Source: an uncultured Alistipes sp. (GTDB taxonomy: Bacteria > Bacteroidota > Bacteroidia > Bacteroidales > Rikenellaceae). Taken from it: a stretch of DNA of 64,000 nucleotides. The DNA lies in NCBI GenBank assembly GCA_900768015.1, contig CAAGBI010000070.1, positions 3,819-67,818 of the forward strand, given 5' to 3'. Below are positions 8,488-17,909 of the stretch, one piece after another; positions within the stretch are counted from its first letter, which is position 1; each line of letters begins with the position of its first letter. The notes beneath the pieces were generated by a model that worked only from the letters and a program-made list of their open reading frames with translations, was not told the origin of the DNA and made no database searches. The translations under genes were made by a program, and so were the position numbers.

Positions 8488-9688
8488 CGATTCCTAAAGC
8501 TTTCATGCGGCGATAAAGCGTGCGCTCCGAGATAAAGAGCTCACGTGCAGCATCCTTGCGTCTGAAGCCATTATTGCGTAGGGCATGTAGTATCTGCTCA
8601 CGCTGTACGTCATCTTTTGTGAGCTCACGAGTAGGCTCCTCGACAATCTCAACTACCTCGCTATGCTCATAGTGCTGGGGTAGAGAGTGTCCAGGCTCTG
8701 GGAGTAAACCCAAAACCTCGCCATGAATGTTTGTGTGGTCGTGGTGCTCACTGTTGCGACCAAGAGCCTCTGTCATCATGCGCTTAAGGTCGTTGATGTC
8801 GTTGCGCATGTCGAAGAGGATTTTATATAGCAACTCACGCTCACTAAGATCGTTATACTGAGCCTGCGAGCCACCGTTTATGTGGTTTACGGCATATCCC
8901 TCCTCGGGGAGATAGCGACGTAGAATATCCGATGTTATGTCACGACGCTGCTCAATGGCAGATATCTGCTCGGCAACATTCTTAAGTTGACGTATGTTGC
9001 CTCGCCAGTGGTAGCTTTCGAGCATTGCACGTGCACCCTCGTCGAGGGTTATGGCTGGCATGCGGTACTGGGTGGCCACGTCGCTTGCGAACTTGCGGAA
9101 GAGTAGATATATATCGCCCTTGCGCTCACGTAGTGCTGGTACACTAATCGGAACGGTGTTTAGACGATAGTATAAATCCTCACGGAAGCTACCCTCCGAG
9201 ATAGCCTGAAGAAGGTTGTTGTTGGTTGCGGCAACAACTCTCACGTCAGTCTTCTGCACCTTTGCCGAGCCTACACGCATAAACTCGCCCGTCTGCAACA
9301 CACGTAGTAGGCGCACCTGTGTAGATAGTGGAAGCTCGCCAACCTCATCGAGGAAGATTGTGCCTCCGTCGGCCTCCTCGAAATATCCTTTGCGGCTATC
9401 AATAGCTCCTGTAAACGAGCCCTTCTCATGGCCAAAAAGCTCAGAGTCGATAGTGCCCTCGGGAATAGCGCCACAGTTTACGGCGATATATTTCTTATGC
9501 TTGCGAGATGAGTAGGCGTGAATAACTTGCGGAAAAAACTCCTTACCCACACCGCTCTCGCCCGTTACTAACACCGAGAGGTCGGTAGGGGCTACACGCA
9601 TAGCTACCTCTAAGGCGTTGTTCAGCGCCTCGGAGTTGCCAATGATGCCAAATCGTTGCTTGGCCGTGAGTAGTTCGTTAGAAATCAT
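8471..9688 (-). CDS. Sigma54-interacting AAA+ transcriptional regulator (Fis-type HTH, no receiver domain)
   Basis: GESGVGKE, VNCGAIPE, SELFGHEKGSFTGA, IFLDEVGE, FREDLYYRL, C-terminal ISERTLYR HTH. Confidence 0.93.
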   Translation of the reverse strand: MISNELLTAKQRFGIIGNSEALNNALEVAMRVAPTDLSVLVTGESGVGKEFFPQVIHAYSSRKHKKYIAVNCGAIPEGTIDSELFGHEKGSFTGAIDSRKGYFEEADGGTIFLDEVGELPLSTQVRLLRVLQTGEFMRVGSAKVQKTDVRVVAATNNNLLQAISEGSFREDLYYRLNTVPISVPALRERKGDIYLLFRKFASDVATQYRMPAITLDEGARAMLESYHWRGNIRQLKNVAEQISAIEQRRDITSDILRRYLPEEGYAVNHINGGSQAQYNDLSERELLYKILFDMRNDINDLKRMMTEALGRNSEHHDHTNIHGEVLGLLPEPGHSLPQHYEHSEVVEIVEEPTRELTKDDVQREQILHALRNNGFRRKDAARELFISERTLYRRMKALGIDENIK

Positions 9689-10581
9689 AATATCTTGTTA
9701 CTTATGCTCTCTGCTGTTGTTGATGTCATGGGTAGTGCCACCATAGGTGTTGTGCCTATAACGGGCTTAACTATTGTTATGCTATCCAAGACCTGTTCTG
9801 CGTCGGGAGTTGTTAGGCTATCTGCTGCCTCGATGATTGGCTGTAGCTCCTCAACCTCCACGCTACTTGCTGTTTGACTATTCTGTGTCCACTGCCATGT
9901 AAACCAGATGCCAATGCCTATTGCTATTATGATTATAGCCAGTAGCACGCTCTTTGCTCCACCACCACGCTTATTACGGCTGCTGCCAAAGCTCTCCTCC
10001 TCCTGGTTGCGGCCTTTGCGGTTCTCGTATTTAAGCCCCTTTAGGTATCTGTCGGGCTTGCCCAGAATCATGTCGTCATCCTCCTCATGGCGCTGTGCTG
10101 GGGCTGGCGTTATTGCCTGCGAGGTGCGTAGCTTGCGGTGTGTATTGTGGCCCGTGATATTCTCGCTCTGCTGTTGGCGTATGCGCTGTATGCGTTGTAG
10201 CTTTAGGCGCTCCTCCTCAAATCGCTCGATAGGGGGCTTAATCTTGCCGCCAAAGGTTTGTGGCTCACGCTTTTGTTTGAAGCGTATGGTGCTGTTATCT
10301 CCTGCTGAAAACTCTCCAAAGTTGGGTATTATGTATTTCTGTCCCTCAGCAATAGAGTGCTTAATCTCAAAACGGAGTCGGTCAATCATGCCATTTGCCG
10401 CAAGCTCATTTAGACCGTAGGCCACCAACAACGAGCGTAGCACGCCATCGTCATTGCGCATGAGCTCCGAGAAGATTATGGCTCCGTCGGGCTGCTTGAC
10501 GATAAACATACCAAGCTGTGGCACTACAAGACGCTTGTTGTGCTTGAGGTATCCGGTGATTATGTTAACTATCAACTCCAT
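9685..10581 (-). CDS. Membrane-anchored protein with N-terminal HU-like (CCDC81-type) domains
   Basis: ITGYLKHNKRLVVPQLGMF and IIPNFGEF HU-like segments, basic linker, single TM (SVLLAIIIIAIGIGIWFTW). Confidence 0.65.
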   Translation of the reverse strand: MELIVNIITGYLKHNKRLVVPQLGMFIVKQPDGAIIFSELMRNDDGVLRSLLVAYGLNELAANGMIDRLRFEIKHSIAEGQKYIIPNFGEFSAGDNSTIRFKQKREPQTFGGKIKPPIERFEEERLKLQRIQRIRQQQSENITGHNTHRKLRTSQAITPAPAQRHEEDDDMILGKPDRYLKGLKYENRKGRNQEEESFGSSRNKRGGGAKSVLLAIIIIAIGIGIWFTWQWTQNSQTASSVEVEELQPIIEAADSLTTPDAEQVLDSITIVKPVIGTTPMVALPMTSTTAESISNKIL

Positions 10582-10602
10582 CTGTTATATAGATATAACG
10601 TG

Positions 10603-10610
10603 CAAAGATA
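10603..10610 (-). promoter_or_regulatory. -7 promoter element for the HU-like gene through secG
   Basis: TATCTTTG, 22 nt upstream of the ATG at 10581. Confidence 0.65.
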
Positions 10611-10721
10611 CACAAAAAATGTGAAACAGCAAAATAGAGGAGAGAAAGTAGGGGGAGGATAGATGGGAAGCTTTCTAATTCACATCGAGCGAAGCGTTAC
10701 ACATATAGCTCTTCGCCCTAC

Positions 10722-10763
10722 AAAATAAAAGCTCCGAATAAGCCTCAGCTTATTCGGAGCTTT
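10722..10763 (-). terminator. Intrinsic terminator
   Basis: Perfect 16-bp stem aaagctccgaataagc/gcttattcggagcttt. Confidence 0.8.
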
Positions 10764-10799
10764 AGTGTGCGGTCGCAAACGCAACCATATCAAACGAAA

Positions 10800-11048
10800 T
10801 TACTCCTTCTGCTCGTTAAGAATACGCATTGCAGCGTCAAAAATCGTAGTATCGTCCAATGTTACAACACCACCGTCTGGGCCCTGCTCGATGTGGATGC
10901 CAGAGCAAGCCTTAGCCTCAAGGTGCTGACCACCAAAATAGTTACGTACTGTCTCAACGTCGATTCCCAACTCATCTGCAATGCGCTGCGAGCTACCTGA
11001 GGGCAACTTATCCTTGATGCGGCGCAACTCGTTAAATGTGATAATCAT
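10800..11048 (-). CDS. Small conserved Bacteroidales HTH-like DNA-binding protein
   Basis: ITFNELRRIKDKLPSGS..RIADELGI.VETVRNYFGG; typical host codon usage. Confidence 0.75.
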   Translation of the reverse strand: MIITFNELRRIKDKLPSGSSQRIADELGIDVETVRNYFGGQHLEAKACSGIHIEQGPDGGVVTLDDTTIFDAAMRILNEQKE

Positions 11049-11255
11049 AATTGTAGTTATTAGGATTAATAATATTAGTTTTCTTTTACGATAGTAAAAT
11101 TAATACATTTTTTTGAAACCGCCAAACTATTTACAAACTTTTTAATAAAAATTATTATTAATATCGGCCAAAGATGTTATAGCCATAAGTAATTTGTGTT
11201 AGGCGAGATTTCTCGGCTGTTGCGCATAGTTTGAGAAGGGGTGGGGTCGCCACAT

Positions 11256-11286
11256 AAAAAGCCCCGAAGGAATCCTTCGGAGCTTT
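11256..11286 (-). terminator. Terminator of the oxidoreductase operon
   Basis: aaagccccgaagga/tccttcggagcttt stem plus A tract. Confidence 0.75.
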
Positions 11287-11324
11287 GGTTTAAGCGTCGC
11301 TACTGCGCCGCCATAAAGCTAAAA

Positions 11325-11870
11325 TTAGCGAACCTGGCGAATAATCTCACCACCGTGCTTGATAGCCTCCTCGTTCTGTGGAAGCATCTTCCAAGCGCGC
11401 TCCGGCAAGGTCTTCTTAAGACCAGCCATAACGTTCTCCATCTTAACCACAGGGCGAACCTTAAGGTAAGCACCCAAAATCATGGTGTTGAACAACTTAG
11501 CCTGGCCCAAGCGTGCGCACTCAGCAGTAGCATCAATCTGATAGATGCTGATGTCAGTACGTGTTGGGTGGTTAGTGATACCATTTGTGTCGTAGATGAG
11601 CACGCCACCTGGCTTCACCTGAGCCTCGAACTTGTCCATTGACTGCTGGTTGAGAACAACTACGCAATCGAACTCGTGAGCGATAGGTGATGAAATAGCC
11701 TTATCCGAGAGGATAACAGTTACGTTAGCAGTACCACCACGCATCTCAGGACCGTATGAAGGCATCCATGTTACCTCCATATCCTGCATAATACCAGAGT
11801 AAGCCAAAATCTTACCCATAGTGAGGACACCCTGTCCTCCGAAACCTGCAATGATTATTGTCTCTTTCAT
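11325..11870 (-). CDS. 2-oxoacid:ferredoxin oxidoreductase gamma subunit
   Basis: IAGFGGQGVL, PSYGPEMRGGTA, NTMILGA. Confidence 0.93.
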   Translation of the reverse strand: MKETIIIAGFGGQGVLTMGKILAYSGIMQDMEVTWMPSYGPEMRGGTANVTVILSDKAISSPIAHEFDCVVVLNQQSMDKFEAQVKPGGVLIYDTNGITNHPTRTDISIYQIDATAECARLGQAKLFNTMILGAYLKVRPVVKMENVMAGLKKTLPERAWKMLPQNEEAIKHGGEIIRQVR

Positions 11871-11876
11871 AATGCC

Positions 11877-12644
11877 TTACTCTTTAGTAGTGTCCTTCAA
11901 ATCTCCGGGCTCGTAGAATGGCAACATGTTCTTCTCAAGCCACTCGTTTGATGCAACAGGTGAAAGCTTCCAACCTGAGTTACATGTAGCAACGATCTCA
12001 ACAAGGCTAAAGCCCTTACCAGCCATTGCATTCTCGAATGCGTGACGGATAGCCTTCTTTGCCTTACGAACGTTAGCAGGAGTGTGAACTGTCTGACGAG
12101 TAACGTAGCATACGCCATCGAGGTGAGCCAACATCTGAGCAATCTTATAAGGATAGCCGTTGAGCTTTGGATCACGACCGTAAGGAGTAGTAGCTGTCTT
12201 CATACCCAAGAGGGTAGTAGGAGCCATCTGACCACCGGTCATACCGTAGATAGCATTATTAATATAGATAGCAACGATGTTCTCGCCACGAGCAGCTGCG
12301 TGAATAGTCTCACCAGTACCGATAGCTGACATATCACCATCACCCTGGTATGTGAATACCATCTTCTCAGGGTTAACACGCTTGATAGCTGTTGCTACTG
12401 CGCAAGCACGACCGTGAGCAGCCTGTGCCCAGTCGATGTCGATATAGTTGTATGCAAATACTGAGCAACCCACTGGCGATACGCCGATAGTGTCATGCTC
12501 CAAACCCATCTCCTCGATAACCTCGGCAACGAGCTTGTGCACAGTACCGTGGCTACAGCCGGGGCAGTAGTGCATTACGTTAGGCAAGATAAGCTTAGAC
12601 TTGCCAAATACCAAATTCTCTTTTTTGATTTCAACCTCTGCCAT
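11877..12644 (-). CDS. 2-oxoacid:ferredoxin oxidoreductase beta (TPP-binding) subunit
   Basis: HYCPGCSHG, PVGC, AAHGRA, YQGDGD..IG...NNAIYGMTGGQMAPT. Confidence 0.93.
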   Translation of the reverse strand: MAEVEIKKENLVFGKSKLILPNVMHYCPGCSHGTVHKLVAEVIEEMGLEHDTIGVSPVGCSVFAYNYIDIDWAQAAHGRACAVATAIKRVNPEKMVFTYQGDGDMSAIGTGETIHAAARGENIVAIYINNAIYGMTGGQMAPTTLLGMKTATTPYGRDPKLNGYPYKIAQMLAHLDGVCYVTRQTVHTPANVRKAKKAIRHAFENAMAGKGFSLVEIVATCNSGWKLSPVASNEWLEKNMLPFYEPGDLKDTTKE

Positions 12645-12648
12645 AGTC

Positions 12649-13743
12649 TTATCGATTTATAAGTTTCTCTTTAACTGCTTTAAGTACCTCATCTGGTGAG
12701 AATAGCATACCACCCATGCGGCCGAAGTGCTCAACTGGAGCCTTGCCGTTTACTGCGAGGCGTACGTCCTCAACCATCTGACCTGCGTTGAGCTCAGCTG
12801 AAAGGAAGCCCTTCACGCCACGCTCTGCAAGCTCAGCGATAGCCTTAGTTGGGAATGGGTAGAGAGTGATAGGACGCAACAAACCGAGCTTGATGCCCTC
12901 AGCACGTGCCATCTCAACAGTAGCAGAGCAGATACGTGATGATGAACCGAATGCTACGATTACATACTCTGCATCGTCGCACTCGATAGCCTCGTAGCGT
13001 ACCTCGTTTTGCTTGATAGCGTCGTACTTAGCCTGAAGGCGCTGGTTGTTAACCTCCATAACCTCTGACTTAAGCTCGAGTGATGTGATCACGTTGCGCT
13101 CACGGTCGTCAGTCTTGCCGATAAGAGCCCATGACTTGCACTCTGCAGCGATCTCCTCCTTAGTCTTACGTGGACGCTGTGGAGCGAGAACAACCTTCTC
13201 CATCATCTGACCGATACAACCGTCAGCGAGGATCATAGCTGGGTTGCGATACTTGAACGCAAGGTCGAAAGCATCAGCAACGAAGTCGTGCATCTCCTGA
13301 ACTGAGTTAGGAGCCAAAACGATAAGGTGGAAGTCACCGTGTGCACCACCCTTACATGCCTGGAAGTAGTCAGACTGTGAAGGCTGGATAGTACCAAGAC
13401 CTGGACCACCACGCTGGCAGTTAACGATAACACATGGGAGCTCAGCACCTGCAAGGTAGCTCAAGCCCTCAGACATAAGGCTGACACCAGGTGATGATGA
13501 AGATGTCATCACGCGCTTACCTGTAGATGCGCCGCCATATACCATGTTGATTGAAGATACCTCAGACTCTGCCTGAAGAACAACCATACCGGTAGTCTCC
13601 CAAGGCTTCTCCTCCATGAGGGTCTCCATAACCTCCGACTGGGGAGTGATGGGGTAGCCGAAATAGCCGTCGCAACCGTAGCGAATTGCTGCATGAGCAA
13701 TCACCTCGTTGCCCTTCATAAGTTTTACCTCTTTCTCTGCCAT
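12649..13743 (-). CDS. 2-oxoacid:ferredoxin oxidoreductase alpha subunit (VorB-like)
   Basis: LMKGNE, FGYPITPQSE, QAESE, TSSSSPG.SL, RGGPGLGTIQPSQ.DY, ELNAGQMVEDV. Confidence 0.93.
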   Translation of the reverse strand: MAEKEVKLMKGNEVIAHAAIRYGCDGYFGYPITPQSEVMETLMEEKPWETTGMVVLQAESEVSSINMVYGGASTGKRVMTSSSSPGVSLMSEGLSYLAGAELPCVIVNCQRGGPGLGTIQPSQSDYFQACKGGAHGDFHLIVLAPNSVQEMHDFVADAFDLAFKYRNPAMILADGCIGQMMEKVVLAPQRPRKTKEEIAAECKSWALIGKTDDRERNVITSLELKSEVMEVNNQRLQAKYDAIKQNEVRYEAIECDDAEYVIVAFGSSSRICSATVEMARAEGIKLGLLRPITLYPFPTKAIAELAERGVKGFLSAELNAGQMVEDVRLAVNGKAPVEHFGRMGGMLFSPDEVLKAVKEKLINR

Positions 13744-13746
13744 AGT

Positions 13747-13974
13747 TTACTCGAATTTTTGGCGATACACCGTTAGACAACTATCCGGACAGATGATAGC
13801 GCAAGAGGCGCAACCAATACATGAATCCGGCTCAACCATCTTAGCAAAGGGATAACCCTTGCCGTTTACTTCGGCCGACAAACCGAGCGTGTTAGTAGGA
13901 CATGATGCTACACAAACACCACAACCCTTGCAATGCTCTGTGTCGACTACAACTGTTCCTTTGATTTTAGCCAT
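13747..13974 (-). CDS. 2x[4Fe-4S] ferredoxin-like delta subunit
   Basis: CKGCGVCVASCP and CIGCASCAIICP motifs. Confidence 0.93.
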   Translation of the reverse strand: MAKIKGTVVVDTEHCKGCGVCVASCPTNTLGLSAEVNGKGYPFAKMVEPDSCIGCASCAIICPDSCLTVYRQKFE

Positions 13975-14035
13975 ACGACAGTAGTTTTATAGATTGTTAA
14001 AAGTTCGGTTTACTCTAAATGCGGAATTAACCAAA

Positions 14036-14043
14036 CAAATGTA
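14036..14043 (-). promoter_or_regulatory. -7 promoter element for the oxidoreductase operon
   Basis: TACATTTG on the minus strand upstream of 13974. Confidence 0.6.
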
Positions 14044-14171
14044 CACATTTTTTTGCAAACTACCTACACTTTTTTGAAATATTTTCGCAGTATGATGTTA
14101 TTTGCCTGAAATTCTGCATTGCTCGCAATGTGTGGGTCCGACAGCAGAGTGAGTGTGTCGGATTTGCAGAT

Positions 14172-14206
14172 AAAAAAACAAGAGAATGTCTTTCGACATC
14201 CTCTTG
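14172..14206 (-). terminator. Terminator after tRNA-His
   Basis: caagag.atgtc/gacat.ctcttg stem followed by U7 on the minus strand. Confidence 0.75.
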
Positions 14207-14216
14207 CTCATTTAGG

Positions 14217-14291
14217 GGTGGAAGATGGGATTCGAACCCACGACCTTAGGAACCACAATCCTCTACTCTAACCGACTGAGCTACATCCACC
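14217..14291 (-). tRNA. tRNA-His(GUG)
   Basis: Minus strand GGTGGATGTAGCTCAGTCGGTTAGAGTAGAGGATTGTGGTTCCTAAGGTCGTGGGTTCGAATCCCATCTTCCACC; anticodon GTG; G-1 encoded, CCA not encoded; TATATTTG promoter at 14318-14325. Confidence 0.95.
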
Positions 14292-14487
14292 ATTTGATTT
14301 GGTTCTCAAATCGGGTGCAAATATACACACTTTTTTCTATTCTCCAAAATTTTCAACAACTATTTTTGAAAATTTGCGGCAATAATTCTCTTGCAAATTG
14401 CAATATGTACCCCTACTTATATATAATATAGGTAGGGGCTGTGTTATATTATCTGCTCAGCAGCGTGCCGTCGGGGCTATGAGTCTG

Positions 14488-15078
14488 CTACAGGAGAGCC
14501 TCAACTGCCTTAGCAACGGTATCCATATCGGTGGTTGGCTCGAAGCGCTCTACGACTTTGCCGTTGCGGTCTACGAGGAACTTGGTGAAGTTCCATTTGA
14601 TGTCGGGCTTAGATGCGTAGTCGGCATCCTCCTCGCTAAGCAACTTCTCGAGGATGTGGGTAATTGGGTTGTTCTTGTCGAAGCCCTTGAAGCCCTTCTG
14701 CGACTTAAGCCAGCAGTAGAGTGGTGAGGCATTCTCGCCATTTACCTCAATTCGCTTCATCTGGGGGAAGGTCGTTCCGTAGTTTAGCTGGCAGAACTTT
14801 GTTCTCTCTGCGTCGTCCTCGGGCGACTGCTCCTTAAACTGGTTGCATGGGAAGTCGAGGATAACCAAACCCTTGTCGGCAAAGCGCTTGTTAAGTGCCT
14901 CGAGGTCAGCGTACTGAGGTGTGAAGCCACACTTGCTTGCCGTGTTTACGATGAGCAATACTTTACCCTTGTAGTCGCTGAGTTTCACAGGCTTATTGCC
15001 CTGTGCCATAACCTCGAAGTCGTAGATTGACTTATTCTCCTTTGTGCCGCAGCAGCAGCTCTTCTTCTTAATCTCCAT
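14488..15078 (-). CDS. Glutathione peroxidase family protein (Cys type)
   Basis: GKVLLIVNTASKCGFTPQY, FPCNQF..Q, IKWNFTKFLVDRNG; the catalytic codon is TGT (Cys). Confidence 0.95.
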   Translation of the reverse strand: MEIKKKSCCCGTKENKSIYDFEVMAQGNKPVKLSDYKGKVLLIVNTASKCGFTPQYADLEALNKRFADKGLVILDFPCNQFKEQSPEDDAERTKFCQLNYGTTFPQMKRIEVNGENASPLYCWLKSQKGFKGFDKNNPITHILEKLLSEEDADYASKPDIKWNFTKFLVDRNGKVVERFEPTTDMDTVAKAVEALL

Positions 15079-15300
15079 AGTTGTAATTATTTATATTTTA
15101 TTTTCGTTTGCAAATTTTATTCCGATGCAAAAGTATAAATAAAAAATAATATACAACTATTTTTCGCTAAAAAGTGTAATCATATCTTCTTATGGTTGTA
15201 TAAGCGTAAGTGATAGTGATAACGCAGATAATAAAAAAGAGTCCGAGAAATATCTCGAACTCCTATATAAATATAAGGTATATACTCCTCAGATGTGGCG

Positions 15301-15792
15301 TTATAGTTCCAGAAGTCCCTCGGGGAGTACAAACTTAATTGTGCGCTTGTCAAAGTCGATGTGCGCAATGAACTCCTCCTGCGCGGGGATGAGATGCTGC
15401 TTGTCGCCAAGTCGAATCTCGAAGAGTGGGTTGGCCTCGCTATCGTAGTAGTCGATAACCTCGCCACGCTGACGGCCGACACTGGCCTTGAAACCGATGA
15501 GATCCTCCATGTAGAACTCATCATCATCCTGCTCTTGCTCCTCGACGAATATCTCGCGACCCACGAGCCACTCTTCGGCGCGGCGCTCGGTGTCAATATC
15601 ATCGAACTGCACAACGGCACTCGACTGTCCGCGGCGCTCGAACGAAGAACAAAAGAGAGGAACCGCGAGTCCATCCACACGGATAAACAGCGGTTCCTCC
15701 ATTTGGAAGTCGTCGGGGAACGAGGTGTAGAGCGTAATCATTACGCCACCCTCTGTGCCGAACAAACGGCCTATGCGTCCCACGGCGATCAT
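15301..15792 (-). CDS. rimM: 16S rRNA processing protein RimM
   Basis: VGRIGRLFG..GGV, EFYMEDLIGF, LIPAQEEFI, LPEGLLEL; follows rpsP. Confidence 0.92.
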   Translation of the reverse strand: MIAVGRIGRLFGTEGGVMITLYTSFPDDFQMEEPLFIRVDGLAVPLFCSSFERRGQSSAVVQFDDIDTERRAEEWLVGREIFVEEQEQDDDEFYMEDLIGFKASVGRQRGEVIDYYDSEANPLFEIRLGDKQHLIPAQEEFIAHIDFDKRTIKFVLPEGLLEL

Positions 15793-15806
15793 CGCACCTC
15801 GAGAGA

Positions 15807-16337
15807 TTAAGCCTCCTCAGCGGGAGCCTCTGCCTCAGCAGCCTCCTCAGCTGCAGCTGCAGCAGCCTCAGCAGCGAGAGCAGCCTTCTTCTCAGCGATT
15901 GCAGCAGCGCGCTCCTCCTTAACCTTAGTCTCGGCAGCGAACTGTGCCTTCTTAGCAGCAGTAGCGTCAGATGCGAGCTTGTTGCTCTTAGCATCGATCT
16001 TTGACTGCTTCTCTGAAGACCATGCGTTGAACTTTGCCTCAGCCTCAGCCTCAGTGAATGCGCCCTTAGCTACACCACCCAAAAGGTGCTTCTTATACAT
16101 TACGCCCTTGTACGAGAGAATTGCTCGACAAGTGTCTGTAGGTTGTGCGCCCTTAAGTAACCAATCCAAAGCTCGGTCGAACTTCAAATCGATTGTAGCA
16201 GGATTCGTGTTGGGGTTGTATGTACCCAACTTCTCGATGAACTTACCATCACGTGGCGCTCTGCTATCTGCGGCAACGATGTGGTAGAAAGCATAACCCT
16301 TCTTACCGTGACGTGCCAAACGAATTTTAACAGCCAT
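15807..16337 (-). CDS. rpsP: 30S ribosomal protein S16 (long Bacteroidota form)
   Basis: [46 protein letters not shown]. Confidence 0.98.
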   Translation of the reverse strand: MAVKIRLARHGKKGYAFYHIVAADSRAPRDGKFIEKLGTYNPNTNPATIDLKFDRALDWLLKGAQPTDTCRAILSYKGVMYKKHLLGGVAKGAFTEAEAEAKFNAWSSEKQSKIDAKSNKLASDATAAKKAQFAAETKVKEERAAAIAEKKAALAAEAAAAAAEEAAEAEAPAEEA

Positions 16338-16400
16338 TTTGCTATAAAATTTATTGGTTAAAAATTAATTACGCTCAACCCATTTGGGTTTTTTAGCGCG

Positions 16401-16408
16401 CAAATGTA
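16401..16408 (-). promoter_or_regulatory. -7 promoter element for rpsP-rimM
   Basis: TACATTTG on the minus strand. Confidence 0.65.
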
Positions 16409-16510
16409 CGAACATTTTTTCAAACACCAAACATTTCGACTAAAAAATTATGGTTCAGGCGCGTAATTTGCAACAGAAAGGGTGAGTTTAACACTAAAAC
16501 TATTAAAATT

Positions 16511-16978
16511 ATGATGCCAGTTAAGAAATTAAATCGACTCCCAGGGGTCTTTGGTGACTTCTTCTACGACCAGTGGCCCGATGTCTTTCCTAAGCGTAGC
16601 ACCACGCCAGCAATCAATGTTATCGAGACAGACAAAAAGTTCAAGATTGAGATTGCTGCTCCGGGCATGACAAAGGATGATTTCAAAATCGAACTCAATG
16701 GCGACAACCAGCTTATCGTGTGTCTCGATAAGGAGACGGAGCATGACGAGAAGGGTAAGGAGTGTTGTGGTGAGGCAGACTGTACAAAGGATGAGAAGCA
16801 CCACTACCTTCGCAGAGAGTTCACATACACCTCATTCTGCCAGATTTTCAACCTTCCAGACAGCGTTGACCGTGACAATATCAAGGCGAAGATGAAGCAT
16901 GGCGTGTTGAATATACGCCTGCCAAAGCGCGAGGGTGACAATCATAAGGGTGAGATGAAACTTATCGCGATAGAGTAG
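16511..16978 (+). CDS. Hsp20/alpha-crystallin small heat-shock protein
   Basis: PAINVIET..F.IEIAAPGMTKDDF; YLRREF.Y.SF...F.LPD.VD; GVLNI.LPK. Confidence 0.93.
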   Translation: MMPVKKLNRLPGVFGDFFYDQWPDVFPKRSTTPAINVIETDKKFKIEIAAPGMTKDDFKIELNGDNQLIVCLDKETEHDEKGKECCGEADCTKDEKHHYLRREFTYTSFCQIFNLPDSVDRDNIKAKMKHGVLNIRLPKREGDNHKGEMKLIAIE

Positions 16979-17007
16979 CACCGGTGCTCTATTATATATA
17001 TGTACAA

Positions 17008-17042
17008 AGGCCGTCAGTATATGCTGGCGGCCTCTGATTTTT
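17008..17042. terminator. Terminator between convergent hsp20 and zinc-finger gene
   Basis: aggccgtcag/ctggcggcct stem followed by a T tract. Confidence 0.65.
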
Positions 17043-17055
17043 GTTACTCATCATT

Positions 17056-17496
17056 CTATTTGCGCTCGTGCATTTCGCGTGTGCGACGCGATATGTCGGC
17101 CACGGTGCGAAGTAGTGCCCAAGTAGCCATTGTGATACCGAGCAATACTATCGCGGCACATATAGAGGCCATTGTTGCTGTGTACTCCGAGTAGCTATGC
17201 TCGATGACATGTGGTGCGATAAATGCGGCAAGCACAAGGAAGAGCCCAAATGATAACGATATGTCGGCAATGGTGTTTAGAACGGACTCGCGGAAGTTGT
17301 ATTTCGCCTTTGTCGCAGGTGTCGCATTTGCATAGTTTTCGACCACGATTTCCTCGGCGATACCCTCGGATGCAGAGGTCTCTACCTCTGTGCTTTCTGG
17401 GCGTAAAGCTTTACATGAGGGACAAATATCCAATTCGCTGCTAACAAGAGTGTTGCAGTTGCGGCAAAGCCATGTGTTGTGCTCGGCGTTTGACAT
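17056..17496 (-). CDS. Membrane protein with N-terminal RanBP2-like zinc finger
   Basis: WLCRNC-x10-CPSCKALRP followed by two hydrophobic helices. Confidence 0.7.
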   Translation of the reverse strand: MSNAEHNTWLCRNCNTLVSSELDICPSCKALRPESTEVETSASEGIAEEIVVENYANATPATKAKYNFRESVLNTIADISLSFGLFLVLAAFIAPHVIEHSYSEYTATMASICAAIVLLGITMATWALLRTVADISRRTREMHERK

Positions 17497-17498
17497 AG

Positions 17499-17780
17499 TT
17501 ATTCGCTCTTTTTTGTTGCTTCGTTATGGTCAATATCGCAGCCTGCGCAGTTGCCTGTGCAGAGGCCTGATGACGAACCTCCATCCTCGCAGTCATTGAG
17601 ACCCATATCCTCGCGTGTCTCCTGCACTGCGCACTTGATGCCCAACTTCTTCATGTTGGGGTTTGTAGATATTTCCGACTCGATGTGGTGACCCTTGAAG
17701 ATGTAGGTCAACGACATCGCCAAGGCGAAGAATCCCACCACTACGATAGCAGCAATTATGGTTACTAATATTGATGACAT
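17499..17780 (-). CDS. Small single-pass membrane protein with Cys-rich C-terminus
   Basis: Start reassigned to ATG 17780 (MSSILVTIIAAIVVVGFFALAM); ISTNPNMKKLGIKC..C..CTGNCAGC. Confidence 0.7.
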   Translation of the reverse strand: MSSILVTIIAAIVVVGFFALAMSLTYIFKGHHIESEISTNPNMKKLGIKCAVQETREDMGLNDCEDGGSSSGLCTGNCAGCDIDHNEATKKSE

Positions 17781-17815
17781 AATGTTTCTTGTATAAAAAC
17801 TTTGTTTTTCTGCTG

Positions 17816-17831
17816 CAAATTTATATATTTG
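17816..17831. promoter_or_regulatory. Back-to-back divergent -7 promoters
   Basis: TAAATTTG on minus (17816-17823) abuts TATATTTG on plus (17824-17831), inside the palindrome ctgcaaat ttatat atttgcag. Confidence 0.6.
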
Positions 17832-17909
17832 CAGTTGAATTTGCAAATGTTATAGTTCGTCATGAGGTGACGGCTGTATATAATTGGTTTATATTCACTT
17901 GATTAATAT

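Noticed and set aside
5462..10763. Near-identical terminator stems (ctccgaataagc) at 5462 and 10732
   Set aside because: Both are adequately explained as intrinsic terminators. The shared 12-mer may reflect a common origin but does not delimit an element, since the genes between are core.
14225..14431. ORFs overlapping tRNA-His (14225-14431) and tRNA-Leu (25401-25595)
   Set aside because: They are antisense translations of tRNA genes and promoters.
14925..14940. Possible selenocysteine in the glutathione peroxidase
   Set aside because: The catalytic codon is TGT (Cys) and there is no in-frame TGA.
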